Below are positions 62,711-64,000 of a stretch of DNA of 64,000 bases, in pieces. The translations under genes and the position numbers were made by a program. Under the pieces are notes generated by a model, which was given only the letters and a program-made list of their open reading frames with translations, searched no databases and was not told the origin of the DNA. Source of the DNA: Nemertoderma westbladi. Taxonomy: Eukaryota > Animalia > Xenacoelomorpha. Position 1 is the stretch's first letter, and every line of letters starts with the position of its first letter. The DNA lies in the NCBI GenBank assembly GCA_032718475.1, contig JAUCBJ010004319.1, positions 1-64,000 on the forward strand, read 5' to 3'.

Positions 62711-64000
62711 GTTTGTTTGTACAGTTGGATGCCTACTGCTGTATTACAGTTAAAGCAAGTCTAGTAATTCAGTATCAACTGTTAGCCTAGTAATTAATTA
62801 CCGATATTGTTACTCAGTATAACGTGATATATATATAATATATTAGAATACCGGTATGCTTATAGTATATATATAAGTATTATTACAGACTAGGTTTGTC
62901 ACAGAATACCGGTATATAATTTCAGCGCAAATATATATAAATATATGATAGGCCTATCGTGAATACCGGTATACAGCTTACACTTATAATGTATATATAT
63001 AAGTATAATTACAGACTAGAATTAATTACAGAATACCGGTATATAATTTAGCCTAAATTTATAGAAATAAATATAATAAGCCTATTGTAAATACCGGTAT
63101 GTCAATTATTTTAAATAATTGAATTTCTGAATTTTAGGGGTTACTTGGTTACTTTACTTTACTTTATTACCGTTATTTAAGCAGTAGTCCAACTGATATT
63201 TAGACCTAATTATTCTAAGACAGGCCTACTATTTTATAAATCGGTTTGAGTTGATTTATAATATATATACCCGTATAATGGGTTTTGTCAATATTTGAAA
63301 TAAATGTTATTATTTCTGGGAAGGAGTCACTACACAGAAGCTGTACGCTCTCAGTGAAGTGCTACTTGTTGGACACTAAAACAAATAATTCTAATTTACC
63401 TAAGTTACTTAATACTACAAATTACGTACAATTCGGGGTGAGATTACAATCTCTAAATAAACACAAAAAATTACAAGTACGAATTTTTTAGGGTAATTTT
63501 ACAAGAAGTCTACAAACCAGCCTAACAAGGGGTTAGAATATCTGGTTATTACAACGGACAGGATACTACAGTATTTGAAAATAACAAGCAGTAGTAAATA
63601 TATTGCGTTGTCCAGATAGGAAAAATACCACCGTCTGACGACTTATAGCCGTATCGCTATAAGTACTACGTTATGTATCACGGAGTGTTCCTACCTAGAA
63701 GTTAATTACCGCGGTCTACCAGAACCAACGTGCCTATTAACCACTTTACAACACAAATATACTGCCTACACACTAATTACCTTCGGAAAGCACTGTACAC
63801 TAAACCCTAAATTAGGTACAAGTACTTATACAACAAATAATCAGTAGTTAAAAATACTTGAACAGCTAAAAGAACCACGGTATCTGCCGGAGTGACCAAA
63901 GCATAAAATCTCCAGTCTTTACCTACGCCAAGCAGCCCTGATGTAGTACCGGGGTTAATTTAACTATAACGGTATGTATAACAAGCACAATTACTGTAGG

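Larger units (their letters stand above)
53538..64000 (-). mobile_element. Bel/Pao LTR retrotransposon, non-autonomous (RT and integrase deleted); 5' LTR lies beyond the window
   Basis: 3' LTR, purine tract GGGAGCGG just before it, and gag/protease ORFs with Bel/Pao signatures. Inserted antisense in an NHS intron. Confidence 0.92.

Noticed and set aside
63961-63973. TAACTATAACGGT, resembling the I-CeuI site / LSU rRNA motif (also ~650)
   Set aside because: Only 13 nt match, and the flanks are not rRNA.

Overview
This is eukaryotic (invertebrate animal-like) genomic DNA, not prokaryotic. Most ORFs in the supplied track are artefacts of tandem repeats. The host gene is a + strand NHS/GUK-holder family actin regulator with a WAVE-homology domain. 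Eight phase-consistent coding exons were reconstructed between 14595 and 53399, and the gene continues past the window. Its introns and upstream region are packed with mobile elements. There are two related minus-strand Bel/Pao LTR elements (1-2439 and 53538 to beyond 64000), both deletion derivatives. An 8-kb foldback/inverted duplication (5685-13748) contains a MITE. A CACTG-terminated non-autonomous element (20009-28609) contains an intact hATm transposon, which in turn contains a Helentron-type (HINE-like) element. SINEs and an RTE LINE 3' end are also present. The most unusual structure is a ~9-kb array of ~200 x 44-bp units (36353-45441) made by amplifying an exon 3' end together with its splice donor. 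Most units have drifted to TATTAG|GTGAGT, an acceptor fused to a donor. All calls come from reading the sequence by eye; no database searches were run.
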